Assembly: GCA_964016885.1 (NCBI GenBank)
Contig: OZ024741.1
Coordinates: forward strand, 331,204,001-331,268,000
Length of the DNA: 64,000 nucleotides
Reading direction: 5' to 3'
Source: Eledone cirrhosa
Taxonomy: Eukaryota
A model generated the notes under the pieces. That model was not told the DNA's origin. It did not search any database and saw nothing but the letters and a program-made list of their open reading frames with translations. The number at the start of each line of letters is the position of its first letter. Position 1 is the first letter of the stretch. Of the stretch, positions 1-15,451 are shown in pieces. The translations under genes were made by a program, and so were the position numbers.

Positions 1-259
1 GTACTGTACCATTTGTTTTGATATTTTTGTTATTTCTGTTAACCTTTTACATATATATATATATTTTTAACCTGTTAGTTTTTGCGTTACTTTGGTATTG
101 TGTGTTAGGTTTTGCCTACCACAATGTTCAATTTGTCAAGCTATTTAAACGTATGTTATTACTCTAAGGACCTACCCTTATTGAGTGCTTTGCTAACTTA
201 TTCATATTGTAGGTCGACTTTGCTTGCTCACAGCCAAAGCTTCGATTTTACTAAGCTTC

Positions 260-328
<69 letters not shown>

Positions 329-603
329 ACTGCTATCTACTTGCTTTTGGTAGGGCCAATGATGTTGTTAGAACTCTATGGATCTGAAGTATTGCGACCA
401 ATATTATGTGATTACATAACCACTAACAGTTAGTCCCTATATTGATTTATTATGATCAATCAACACACTCTGAAACGATCATAACAAATGAACTAATTAA
501 ACACCAATCTTCACCTTTTGTTTTCATTGTTCAAAACACACATATATATACCTTTGCTTAGATTTTTTTGCTTTTTTTACTTTGAGTGCATGTCCATATA
601 TGC

Positions 604-797
604 ACTGTACCCCTTGATAAGTTCAGCTAGATTCCTGTTGTTCTAATACTGGTGGCTTAGTTCGGATCTAGCTGTCGAAATGGCTGGAGTTCAATCGTCA
701 GGGTCCTGACTCTTTTCATATTACCCAGTCTACTACCCCAAGTATCAAGTACTCTGGTGCATTATGGTTCACCTGGTATCTTGCCACCCCCTTTTTG
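604..797 (+). mobile_element. Penelope-like pLTR fragment with a decayed type I hammerhead motif
   Basis: acccc-TTGATAA-(cagctagattcc...ggatctagctg stem)-GAAA-tggctggagttcaatcg-TC-agggt: hammerhead layout with a mutated core. The downstream tail matches copies at 13435-13510 and 61636-61708 (reverse complement). Confidence 0.55.
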
Positions 798-808
798 CTA
801 TATATATA

Positions 809-1621
809 CTAGCAGCTGAGCCCGGTTGCACCCGGGGCCACTTTTTATTAAGTTAATAATTTGAAAAATATTATTGAAAGTTTATTATAAAGAAGCAGTT
901 TCAGGGAAAAAAAAAAAAATATACACTTGGGGCTGGACGGCGTACAATGAGAAGTGGAGCGACGCGAAAAGCATTGTTTATTAACAGCGAAATAGCAATG
1001 TCGATGATATGCAATTTGAAAAATACTACTTACTGTTAGTGGTGGTTAACATGTATTAGAATTAAAATAAAAACACGCGTCCCTTCTTCGCAATTTAAGG
1101 GTTTTATTTCTTTTGATGGAAAACAGTGACCGTACTGCAGAATCGATTTCATAAAACGGTACTGTATGATCGTTAAATGTAGAAGGATGATAGTTTATTA
1201 ACAGCGAAATAGCAATGTCAATGATATGCAAGTTTAAAAATGCATATTATGAAGGTTTGTATGATAGTTTACACTTTTTCCTGAAACTGCTTCTTTATAA
1301 TAAACTTTCAATAATATTTTTCAAATTATTGGTACTGTATGTTAACAGCGAAAGAACGTTAATGAGTTTAAAAATTTGTATGAAATTGTAAATAACTCAG
1401 CCAAGTATTAGAACAGGGGGAAATAACTCATTGAACGCGATAGTAAATAGACCGTTTGGGGGCCCTAGGGACCACATTTTTCAAGTTAGAAATTTGAAAC
1501 CTCATCTATTTGCTTCCTTGGCACTTTTTACATAGGTGTGTAAATTTTCATGTCCGTCCGACCACGTCTACTACCATTTAACCGTGCACATCTGAATTTC
1601 AACCACCACCCATTTCACAAA

Positions 1622-1632
<11 letters not shown>
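809..1632 (-). mobile_element. Non-autonomous Helitron-like element
   Basis: On the minus strand a GC hairpin CCCGG-gtgcaa-CCGGG (836-821) is followed 8 nt later by CTAG|T (812-808), a canonical Helitron 3' end. The 5' end merges into (TA)n near 1630. Internal 51-bp inverted repeat and ~48-bp direct repeats. Confidence 0.6.
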
Positions 1633-1687
<55 letters not shown>

Positions 1688-1719
1688 GTACATATATATA
1701 TGCATATATATATATATAC

Positions 1720-3165
1720 AGAGAAGAAATTCCAAACGTGGAAGCACGGCCTAGAATCAAAAGGCCTTAAAATTAACCTGGCTAAGACTAAAGTTCTAGT
1801 TTGTAGGAAAGAAAATAAGGCGGCGGTCCCATCGGGGAAATGGCCATGCTCAGTGTGTAGGAAAGGCGTAGGTAGAAACTCCATTTTATGTCCCAAATGC
1901 AAAGTATGGGTGCATAAAAGATGTAGTGGGATCACAGGTAAGCTAACTAAGAACATAGATTTTACATGTGGCCGGTGCTCTGGTGCAATAAGTAGCAACA
2001 AGTGCCCACAAAATACTAGCTCCTTCAACTGCGCAGAGGGTTCTATAGAAATAGTGGACAGCTTCCGTTATCTGGGTGACAAAATCAGCAGTGGGGGAGG
2101 GTGCTCTGAAAGTACAGTAGCTAGAGTCAGAACTGGATGGAAAAAGTTCAGAGAGCTTATACCACTATTAGCCGCTAGAGGGTTCTCCCTAAAAATGAAA
2201 GGCAGGTTATACGATGCCTGCATACGAACAGCAATGCTGCATGGCAGTGAGACCTGGGCATTGTGTGCAGAGGATATACGCAGACTAGAGAGGAACGAAG
2301 CTTGCATGCTCCGCTGGATGTGCAATAGTAATATACGTGAACGGCAAAGCATAAACGAACTAAGGAAAAAATTAGAAATAAGAGGGATCAGATGTTGTTT
2401 ACTCGAGAGAAGGCTACGTTGGTACGGTCACGTGATGCGCATGAAAGACGACAGCTGTATAACAAAGTGCAGGGCAATAAAGATAGACGGTAGCCACAGA
2501 GTAGGCAGACCCAGAAAAACATGGGACGAGCTGATAAATTCCGACCTCACACGCTTACACCTCTCCAAGACAATGTCACTGGACCGAGACCTTTGGCGGT
2601 ACTCAGTAATAGAGAAGACCCGCCTTACCTAAATACAAAGTAAAAACCTACTACAGTCAGTAGGCACCTCTATCAAAACACACCCCCGTCCCACCACCTC
2701 CACCCCACCCACACCACCCCTTTCAATGTAAAGTTATGTTGGTCCCACAACATCCAGGCCGAAACAAATGAGATCGTGTAGGTGTCACGACAAAAAACAC
2801 ACAGTCCACGCTGTAAATGTGGCCGTGTAGGCAACACGGTAAAAACCTCCCAGCCCCACACTGTAAATGTGGTTGGTGTTAGGAAGGGCATCCAGCTGTA
2901 GAAAACCCGCCAGACAGTCCACGCTGTAATGTGGCCGTGTAGGCAACACGGTAAAAACCTCCCAGCCCCACACTGTAAATGTGGTTGGTGTTAGGAAGGG
3001 CATCCAACTGTAGAAAACCCGCCAGACAGTCCTATGCGAGCAAGACAACCACTCTTGCCTCAAGTGGGAAAACCCCCGTCCAAACCCATGCAAGCGTGGA
3101 ACACGGACGCTAAACCTGATGATGATGATGATGATGATACATATGAATGATGATGATGATGATGA
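1720..3165 (+). mobile_element. RTE-clade LINE, subfamily A, 5'-truncated (RT C-terminal part with PHD finger, 3' UTR, (GAT)n tail)
   Basis: ORF to stop at 2632 has [31 protein letters not shown] and GRPRKTW (RTE hallmarks). Starts directly after (TA)n. 3' UTR has a ~113-bp tandem duplication (2802-3026) and a (GAT)n tail. Confidence 0.93.
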
Positions 3166-3166
3166 T

Positions 3167-3194
<28 letters not shown>

Positions 3195-3215
<21 letters not shown>

Positions 3216-4320
3216 CGAAACATAAGTCAATTGCATGAACTCATAATCCTTTATTTACTGCTATATATATTTCGATGATAGCCATTCAATGGCTATGACC
3301 TCATCAGGCAGTTAGTCAGTTCTTAGATATGCCAGCTCTGTGTTTATAGTGTTGATGGTATCAGAGCTGTGGGACATATGAGCTTGTTAGGAATAATTTA
3401 ATGTTGTCATCAGGAATAGTCTTAATTCTCATTGGTCAGTTTGTAGATGCTAGTAGATGCTAGTAGTTCAAACCGTCAGGCAAGATGACAATAGTTCCAT
3501 ATGACTGATTTTCACAAAAAGCATTCCTGGTCAGATATATATTCAATTAAGGTTAATAGTATGAAATAGATACTATAGGTCATTCTTAAATTGAGGAATT
3601 TATGTGGTGTGGTGCTACTGAAAATTATGGTTTGAGTAGAAAATTTACAAATAAAAAGACTTATGCAGGTTGGCTTGCACATACACTCACACCCACCTCC
3701 ACACACACACACACATCCACACATACAAATTGAGGAACTAATGTGGGGTGGTAATACTTAAAATAATGGTTAGAGTCAAATACTTAGATAGTTTAGAAAA
3801 TTTAGAAATAAAAAGACATGTTGGTTGACTTGTACATACACTCACACCTACCCCCTCAGACACACACACATCTACACAGGTGTGTATATATATATATGTA
3901 CGCACAAGTGCATATATATATACAACAGAGGCCCCCAAATCCATATATACATATATATGGAAGTGTATCGGAGATTTTTTTGTATGTGTTGGTGGAGTCG
4001 GTAGTGTAAGTGTTGTATGATTTTCTTGATCCAGAAATTGTGTAAGTAGTCTAGTGACTGCTTGAGGTTTGGTAAGTGTATGTTTTTGATTGTGTTGGGT
4101 ATTATGTTGTTTTTGAGGCAATGTTTGAGAAAGTTAATTTGGCAGCAGACATTGGCACATTTCTCTGATAGTTTGAATAGTTTCTTAGTAGTTGCAAACT
4201 GGGTTTGGCTAAGTTGTAGTTTGCTTGAGGCATTGTATATAATATATAAAGAGGAAAGTAATACAAGGCAAAATGGATGGTAATATGAAGGTAACAAAAA
4301 AGTAAGTAACCAGGTAATCT
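3195..4320 (-). mobile_element. Degenerate Penelope-like element fragment
   Basis: ORF 4297-3872 has INFLKHCLKNNIIP, resembling Penelope-type ORF N-termini. SLFISKF-like remnants near 3650 and 3810. Hammerhead motif at 3257-3312 on the same strand. Confidence 0.55.
3257..3312 (-). ncRNA. Minimal type I hammerhead ribozyme
   Basis: Reverse complement reads ACTGC-CTGATGA-GGTCATAGCCAT tga ATGGCTATCATC-GAAA-TATATA-TA-GCAGT: intact core, 5-bp stem I, paired stem II, palindromic stem III. Confidence 0.8.
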
Positions 4321-4624
4321 TTATTTTTTTTTTTGTTGCTGTTGTTTCTTTTGTCCTAATATTTTAGGACTTAAAATTCCCTTCTTCAGAGTATAAAAAA
4401 CTCTCAGAGAAAAATGTTCTGGTTTCATCTCTTTGGAATTAAATTTAGATTTAAATTTTATAAACCTCTTTCAAGCGTTGTTTGATGGTCACTTTGTTAT
4501 TCACGAGAAGAATTATGCCGATGTAGTATTTCATGAAATCAAATGAACCTGCTATTTTTATCTAAAGACATTTTTTCCAATTCCAACCCACCTGTCCCCT
4601 CAATCTATCTTATTTCTCATTCTT

Positions 4625-4660
4625 TCTTCTGATGAAGGACTAGCGTCCGAAACGTTAAGA
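4625..4660 (+). ncRNA. Minimal type I hammerhead ribozyme in a Penelope-like pLTR
   Basis: TCTT-CTGATGA-A-GGAC tagc GTCC-GAAACGTT-AAGA: stem I TCTT/AAGA, stem II GGAC/GTCC, palindromic ACGT stem III. Downstream sequence recurs at 1-52 and, on the minus strand, at ~53200-53310. Confidence 0.8.
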
Positions 4661-4959
4661 CCCTCTTCTTGCTGTATCAAGCGTTAACCTAATATAGCCC
4701 TTCCATGTACTGTACTGATTGTGTTGTTATTTCTGTTTACCTTTTACATACTTATATATACAACCCTTATTGATTTCTCTCTTGATTTTGGTCTTTGTAT
4801 TTATTATTACTACTACTCCTACACAGGTTGCAGGACAGGTCGCAGGCTCATCACCAGTTTTTGCGATATATTTTTCGTTCCTCTCACCATATTGCAGTTT
4901 TTGGTCTAATTCATGCAGTCATCAATCTGGTATATTCTCAAGCCTGAGATCAAGAGGTC

Positions 4960-6085
4960 AAAGATGCCATCCAAGCAAAGACAGAGGCTTATAAAGCTTG
5001 GCTTTGAAATAAGTCCTCCTTCTTTCACTTGTGGTACAAGTAGGCATGAAGAATCACAGCAGAGACAGTAAAGGCATCTAAAGTTAAGACATGGGAGGAC
5101 TTTGGGGCTAAGCCGGAATCCAACTTCAGATCAGCAAATAAAGTGTTCTGGCTGACCATCTGCCGACTTTGTAATAAGTCCTCCTCCACACTTGGTATCA
5201 GGAATGCATCTGGGGTTCTCCTTTCTTCAGAGAGGTGCATCCTTGTGAAGTGGAGAGAATACTTTACTGATCTCCTAGACCTGATCACAACAGTATCTTG
5301 TCATGTACACGAGGTACATCTGGGAGTGATGACTAATCTCTCTAAGGCTGAGGTCACAAGAGTAGTTAAAAAGTCCAAATGCAGAAAGGCCGCTGGAGAA
5401 GATGAAATCTAGCCCGAATGTTAAAAGTGTTAAACAGAGAAGTATTCTCTGACTGACTCATGTGTTCTGGGTGGCCTGGATGTCTGGAAAGCCACCTACG
5501 CAATGGCAATTAGGAGTGATAATCTCAATTTTAAAAAAGGGAGACAAGAGAGATTGTTCCGATTACAGACGGATCTCCTTGTTAAGCCTCCCTGGTAAAG
5601 TCTATGCTAAGTGTCTGGCAAAGAGATGCAGGGAGATTGTTGAGCCCATGCTAGCTGATGAAAAGTGTGGTTTTTCGACTTTGATGCAACACAACTGACC
5701 AAATATTCACACTGTGGCAGGTTTTCAAGAAATCATGGGAGTATTGCCAAGAGGTATATTCTTGTTTTGTAGATCTCAAAAAGGCATTTGATTATGTTCC
5801 TTGGGATCTGCTGTGGAAGGTTGTGCTGGAGTCAGACTTTGCCAAGGATACATACTGTTACCTCTCCTGTTCATTATTTTCATGTACAGGATTGATATGG
5901 GCAGCCGGGCTGGAAGTGGTATCATGATTGGTGGGTGAAAATCAGTCAGCTGGCATTTACAGATAACATGGTGTTACTTAACTTGACAGAAGATGATCTT
6001 CGATTCGGTATTCATGCCCACCCTTACCTATGGTCATGAATTTTGGGTAAGGACTGAAAGAACATGATCACGAATACAAGCCATG
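4960..6085 (+). pseudogene. Old RTE-clade (Expander/Rex3-like) LINE RT fragment
   Basis: Broken frames give WREYFTDLL, KAAGEDEI, KKGDKRDCSDYRRISLLSLPGKVYAK, FVDLKKAFD and LTYGHE; many stops and frameshifts. Confidence 0.8.
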
Positions 6086-6475
6086 TCATGTCTGAAAACT
6101 TTCAGACATGACTTCTTTATTCCTGTTAGTAATATAAATATGTTCCTAAATATTTTTTTAGTAGAGCTTTATATTGTTGAAAGGTTTTGGCTGCTATTTC
6201 TAGCTATCAATATACCTTGCTTGGACATAGTGATTTGTTCTTCAAACCATGTGTGTTTTCGTCAGTCCCGAATTTGTATTTGAGGTGTAAGTTCATATAG
6301 TTTGATTTTTCATCTCACTGATGATCCAAAAAAATCAGCTATTGAACTTCACCATTTAATTGGTGACACATATTCTTAAGCTATAATAGAATATGTATAA
6401 GAGAGTATAAATAATTATTAAATATCAGGTATTTATATTTTTGTTAGATTTAAACATATAAAGTGTTGTAGTTTG

Positions 6476-6543
<68 letters not shown>

Positions 6544-6546
6544 AAT

Positions 6547-7565
6547 CCTCTGTGTCACTTTTGAGCTGACTTTTGGGATGCTCCCATACAGCTCTGAGTT
6601 TTTCATCCTCAGTGTATACTGATTAATGTTCAGAGCCATCCTCAGCATTCTCGTGTAGCACCCATCCACCATCTGAGTGAGTCTCTTGGTCAGTGTCCAA
6701 GTCTCAGACCCATACAGCAGCACAGACTCCACTACAGCAATGAAGAGGCGGATTTTCAGGTCTCTACGAAGGTCCGACTTCCACACCGATCTCAAGCTGT
6801 GACACGCCGCCCAGGCCTTGCTCTTCCTCTCAACCACATCATCCTCCGTATTCCCAATCTTTGCTCCCAAATATAGGAAGTCCTCAACCAATTCCAGCGG
6901 CTTCCCGCCTACATTAGTGATCCCCTCTGGCTTCTCAACATTCTCTACCAGATATTTTGTTTTAGTCTCATTCATTCTCAGCCCCACACTCATCGACACA
7001 GTCTCAACCTCCCGCATCAAATCCTCTGCCTTCTTCACTGTATTTGTCACCAAAACTATGTCGTCGGCAAACTCAGCATCCGATACCTTTTTCGCCCCAA
7101 CTCTCCTGCTCTGAGCCGGTGCTACAGTAAAGCCAGTGTCCTGGTGTTTCTCCAGTGCAAGGCGCATACAATAGTCCACTACAATGATAAAAAGGTAGGG
7201 AGCCAATGTATCTCCCTGGAGCACTCCAGCCAGTATCTCAAAGAACTCTGTCATCCCATCAGGTGTAATGACTTGGGCTTTGGTGTTGGTGTAGAGCAGT
7301 GATATCAGGTCCACTATCAGAGGAGACTGAGGTTGGCTGGACATGCTCACCGACATCCAGAGTTGACATTGCACTCAGTGCTCCTTTGGGAGCCCCTACA
7401 TGGACACACTAGAAGAGGAAGACCAAGGTTAACATATGTTGATGCCCTAAGGACAGACACTGGTCTGTTGGAGATGCAGGATATGGCAGCGATAATGAGG
7501 GACAGAGACCGCTGGAGAGAGCTCGTCCATGGATCTCTGGAATTTTACCGGCCTTAGATAGATAG
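6547..7565. mobile_element. RTE-clade LINE with 5' inversion, flanked by an 11-bp TSD
   Basis: Minus segment 7317-6547 encodes GVLQGDTLAPYLF, FADD, FLYLG and LLYGSETW up to KVTQR. Plus segment 7318-7557 continues QRRLRLAGH...GRPRLTY to a stop and (TAGA)n tail. ATATAAACAAT occurs at 6536-6546 and 7566-7576. Confidence 0.9.
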
Positions 7566-7811
7566 ATATAAACAATGTTTAAACAATGTTTCATACACTC
7601 AATTTATATGCAACATTGTTTATAAATAATCTCTCTTGCAACAGATTCACCATTGTTTTCCTTGATCTTTCATCTACAGATATTCTACATATACAAATAC
7701 ATATATGTACACACACACACACATATATATATATGTGAATGTATGTATGTGTGTGTGTGTGTACACCTGCACACATAATATATATATATAAACACACATA
7801 TATATATGTTA

Positions 7812-10937
<3,126 letters not shown>

Positions 10938-10950
10938 TATATATATATAT

Positions 10951-11271
10951 CATCATCATCATCATCATTTCATTTTACGTTCACTTTTCCCTGCTTGCAA
11001 GGGTAGGACGGGAACTGATTCTGGCTTGATTTCTACAGCTGGATGCCCTTCCTAACACCAACCTCATTTGCAGTGAGTGCTGGGTGCTTTTTTGCCGTGG
11101 CACCTCCACGACCACTTTGCAGTGGAATCTCATTTCTACAGCTGAGTAAACTGGAGCAATGTGAAATAAAGTGCCTTGCTCAAGGAAACAACTCATCATC
11201 CGGTCTGAGAATTGAACTCACAACCTTTCGATTGCAAGGCCAATGCTCTAACCACTAAGCCATATGCCTCC
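10951..11271 (-). mobile_element. tRNA-derived SINE, family 2
   Basis: Reverse complement of the 62001-62348 copy, with head at ~11270 and (GAT)n tail at 10951. Confidence 0.85.
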
Positions 11272-11282
11272 ATTGTATATAT

Positions 11283-11655
11283 ACAGTCAATAGGCCCCTC
11301 TAACAAAAATACACCCCCGTCCCACTCCCTCACCCCATCCACACCACCCCTTTCAAATGTAAAGTTATGTTGGTACCACAACATTCAGTCTGAAACAAAT
11401 GAGGTCATGTAGGTGTCACGACAAAAAAACACACAGTCCAGGCTGTAATGTGGCCGTGTAGGTAACATGGTAAAAACCTCCCAGTCCACACTGTAAACGT
11501 GGTTAGTGTTAGGAAGGGCATCCGGCCGTAGAAAACCCGCCAGACAGTCCTATATGAGCAAGTCAACCAATCTTGCCTCAAGCGGGAAAATTCCTCGTCC
11601 AAACCCATGCTAGCGTGGAAGATGGACGTTAAACGATGATGATGATGATGATGAT
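11283..11655 (+). mobile_element. RTE subfamily A-like 3' UTR fragment
   Basis: Matches 2655-3140 and ends in (GAT)n. Confidence 0.85.
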
Positions 11656-11974
11656 TATGTGTATATATATATATAGTAGTGAAAGAGTGAAGAATAACAT
11701 GGTCGGCTTTACAGTTTTATTTACAGTATTTATATATATATATATATGTATACTTCTGTATACACATATATACATACAGACATACATGTAAATGTTTGTA
11801 TATACATAAATATATATATATATATTTATAAACAGGCAAGTTCTCCAAACCAGGTCATTTCTGCTATAAAAAATTAATATTTGATTAAATAGTATAATTA
11901 AAAATACAAATAAAAACAAAAACAACAAACAATGAATAATAAATAATAGAAATCAAAGCAAAAGTGGAAAGGCT

Positions 11975-11986
11975 CAGTGTGTGTGG

Positions 11987-12025
<39 letters not shown>

Positions 12026-12910
12026 TGTATGTGTGTATATGTATGTGTGTGTGTATGTTTGTGTGTGTATGTATGTGAGTGCATGTGTGTATGTGTGTGT
12101 GTTTGTTCATGTTTGTGTGTGTGTATGTATGTATGTGTGTGTGAGTGCATGTATCTGTGTGTGCATCTATGTGTGTGTGTGAGTGTGTGTGTGTGTGTTT
12201 ATATACATGTTGCATGTTTATGTGTGTTTGAGGGGTGTATGCACCCAAAAACAATTGACTGAACAATTGACACACACACACTCACTGACATACTATGAAA
12301 CACACATGTATGCACACTATACACACGCACACACACACTCACTGACATACATTGAAACACTCATACACACACATATACACACACACTCACATACATTGAG
12401 ACATACATGTATGCACACACATTCACACACTCTCTCACTTACATTGAAACACACATACACACACATATACCCACACACTCACACACATTGAGACATACAT
12501 GTATGTACATACATACACTCACACACTCGCTCACTTAGATTGCAACACACTTACACACACATATACACACATACTCACATACATTGAGACATATATGTAT
12601 GCACATACACACACTCACACACTCAGATTGAAACACACATACACACACATATACACACACATAAACACATGCACTCACATACACCCACAAACTCACATAC
12701 ATTGAGACACAACTGTCCACACACATATATATACACTCACTCACATATATTGAAACATACACATGTACGCACACATGTGCATACACACCAGCAAGTACAA
12801 ATACAAGTCTTCAAATATTTGCAGTGATAATAGGCAAATAGTTAAGAAGATATTTGTGTGTATGTGTGTGTATTGCGTGTATGTGTGTGTGTTGTGTGGT
12901 GAGTGTGTGT
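11975..12910. repeat. Degenerate (TG)n/(CA)n low-complexity tract
   Basis: TG-rich at 11975-12230, then CA-rich at 12270-12790 with a recurring cattgagacaca unit. Confidence 0.9.
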
Positions 12911-12986
12911 GAGGTGTATTATTGATTATGCTTCCATCATTACACAGTTACATATAAATGTAAACACTCTCACATAGATGTATATT

Positions 12987-13068
<82 letters not shown>

Positions 13069-13071
<3 letters not shown>

Positions 13072-13179
13072 AAAGTATGAACCCGATGACAGAGCTCAAG
13101 CCGTTTCGACGACTATTTCCAGAAATACAGAAATAGCCATCGAAACGGCTTGAGCTCTGCCGTCGGGGTCATACTTTTT

Positions 13180-13180
<1 letters not shown>
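13069..13180. repeat. Hairpin element (~50-bp arms) made of the 3' half of a hammerhead motif
   Basis: gaaaaagtatgaacccgatgacagagctcaagccgtttcga...tcgaaacggcttgagctctgccgtcggggtcatactttttc, embedded in (TA)n. Confidence 0.85.
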
Positions 13181-13210
<30 letters not shown>

Positions 13211-13214
<4 letters not shown>

Positions 13215-13398
13215 GTTTCTACTTTAGGCACAAGGCCAGCAATTACCCAGTGCATTACTGGTAGTTTATTTTATCGACCCCGTAAGGATGAAAGGCAAAG
13301 TCAACCTCGGCAGGATTTGAACTCAGATCGTAAAGGGACGTAACTATGCTGGAAAGCATGGCGTCCAACCCTCTACCGATACTGCCAATCCACCACCC
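13211..13398 (-). mobile_element. tRNA-derived SINE, family 1
   Basis: Minus strand has B box GAGTTCAAATCC and domain gcctttcatccttacggggtcgataaaataa, ending gctggccttgtgcc..agtagaaacaatt. Further copies at 16390-16490, 25015-25100, 28278-28432, 38305-38492, 42090-42235, 42600-42810, 46785-46942, 53770-53900 and 57285-57455. Confidence 0.85.
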
Positions 13399-13434
13399 TA
13401 TATTATATATATATTATATATATATATATATAAT

Positions 13435-13613
13435 GAAGGAATTGTGGTAAGGAACCAGATGGACCATAACGCACCAGAGTAGTCAATACTTAGGGTAGTA
13501 GAGTGGGTAATAGGAAAAAGTATGACCTCGATGGCAGAGCTCAAGACGTTTCGACGGCTATAATAGCTGTCGAAATGGCTTGAGCTCTGCCGTCGGGGTC
13601 ATACTTTTTTCTA
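13435..13613. mobile_element. Penelope-like hairpin-plus-tail element
   Basis: Palindrome at 13511-13613 with a ~75-bp one-sided tail; same family as 604-797, 13069-13180 and 61636-61825. Confidence 0.75.
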
Positions 13614-13667
13614 TATATATATATAATAATAATATATATATATATAATAATATATATATATATATAT

Positions 13668-13709
<42 letters not shown>

Positions 13710-13712
13710 CAC

Positions 13713-14030
13713 ATCATCATCATCATCATCACCGTTTTACGTCCGTTCTTCCACGCTAGCATGGGTTAGACGGGTTGTCCTGTTGTGGGCAGTGTCTGGT
13801 CGGCTGACCATGCCTTGCTCATACAGGAACTGATTTGGCTTGATTTCTACAGCTGGATGCCCTTCCTAACACCAACCTCATTTACAGTGAGTACTGGGTG
13901 CTTTTTCGTGGCACCTACACGTCCACTTTACAGTGTGGGCTGGGTGCTTTTTTGCCGTGGCACCTCCACAACCACCTTGCAGTGGGTGGTGTGGGGGCAT
14001 ATTGTCTATATGCTTCAGCTTGTACCCATG
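13713..14030 (-). mobile_element. RTE subfamily D 3' UTR fragment
   Basis: Reverse complement matches 24640-24919. Confidence 0.8.
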
Positions 14031-14163
14031 TATCTATCTATCTATCTATCTATACTATCTATCTATCTATACTATCTATCGAGGAAGTCTGCGCAGTGCA
14101 CACTACATGTATACATATATATATACATATATATATATACACACACATATATATATATATATA

Positions 14164-14440
14164 CATCATCATCATCATCATCATCATTTTACGTCCGCTT
14201 TTCCCTGCTTGCAAGGGTGGGACGGGAACTGATTCTGGCTTGATTTCTACAGCTGGATGTCCTTCCTAACACCAACCTCATTTACAGTGAGTGCTGGGTG
14301 CTTTTTTGCTGTGGCACCTGCACGATCACTTTGCAGTGGAATGATAAGGACCCCAATCCCTATCATCTCATTTCTACAGCTGAGTAAACTGGAGCAATGT
14401 GAAATAAAGTGTCTTGCTCAAGGAAACAACACATCACCCG
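14164..14440 (-). mobile_element. SINE family 2, head-truncated
   Basis: Matches 62070-62348. Other partial or near-complete copies at 43662-43883 (+), 45494-45683 (+) and 60733-61052 (-). Confidence 0.85.
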
Positions 14441-14716
14441 TATATATATATATATATATACATACACACACACACATACACATAAATATACATACACACA
14501 CATACATATAAGTGCCAGTGTGTGAAATGATGAGTGAGATGGATGGCAGAACAGCAAATAGTTATTGTTTCATTATGAGCTGAATACATACATAAATACA
14601 CACACGCCCCCCCCCCACATATAATATATACATATACTAGCATACATATATATATTCATATATGTATATACCCATATACATTCATATATATCTATTTACA
14701 CGCATGTATCTATCTA

Positions 14717-14762
<46 letters not shown>

Positions 14763-15105
14763 TTTATTGAGCTAACTTTCTTAAGAAAGATCACAAGTTT
14801 ACAGTGGTTTACAGTAGTGACAAGGGGAAATGGTGGGGAGAAGTGGGAGAAAGCAAATGCTGTAAAACTGGCATCCCCACCCCCTGCCTCCCACTTGATC
14901 ATTAGATGCTGTTTATCGGTAATGCACAGTTGACATGCACTGCAATCACATCAGTGTTGACAATGGAATTTTCTCAAATCTTTTCACTAATTTCATCAAA
15001 GAACTCTCTTAATATTGAATATATAAATATTTATGGATTTCTCAGCTCTTCAATAGATTTGTATGGACATTTAAGAATTACACAAACACATGCACATGAA
15101 CAAAC

Positions 15106-15140
<35 letters not shown>

Positions 15141-15379
15141 TATATGCACTGACTCTCAATATGGTTATAAATTAGCTCTGATCCTCCTCAAACACTTTGG
15201 GCAATATTTCTCTCTCCTTCTCTCAATATTTACTCTCACCTCTTTATATTCACTCTATCACCCCAATTCTTGATGTTATTTTTCTTACACAATCTGTTTC
15301 CATGTACACATAGATACTCATGCACATATATATGCCATAACATACACACTTATATCTATATATCTCCTTACCTACCTTC

Positions 15380-15451
<72 letters not shown>

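Noticed and set aside
112-433. ORFs with YIYIYI runs (also at 10142-10716, 20912-21255, 40466-40987 and 60078-60575)
   Set aside because: Translations of (TA)n, which has no stop codon; not genes.
383-495. ctgaagt...gaaacgatcat, resembling the 36.6 kb long-stem hammerhead
   Set aside because: Both core halves are mutated and no convincing stem I or stem II was found.
2802-3026. Repeat-spacer look of the ctgtaaatgtgg units (CRISPR-like)
   Set aside because: Tandem duplication inside a LINE 3' UTR in eukaryotic DNA; no unique spacers and no cas genes.
11898-12786. His/Thr- and Cys/Val-rich ORFs (also 57761-59818)
   Set aside because: Translations of CA/TG and CATA repeats.
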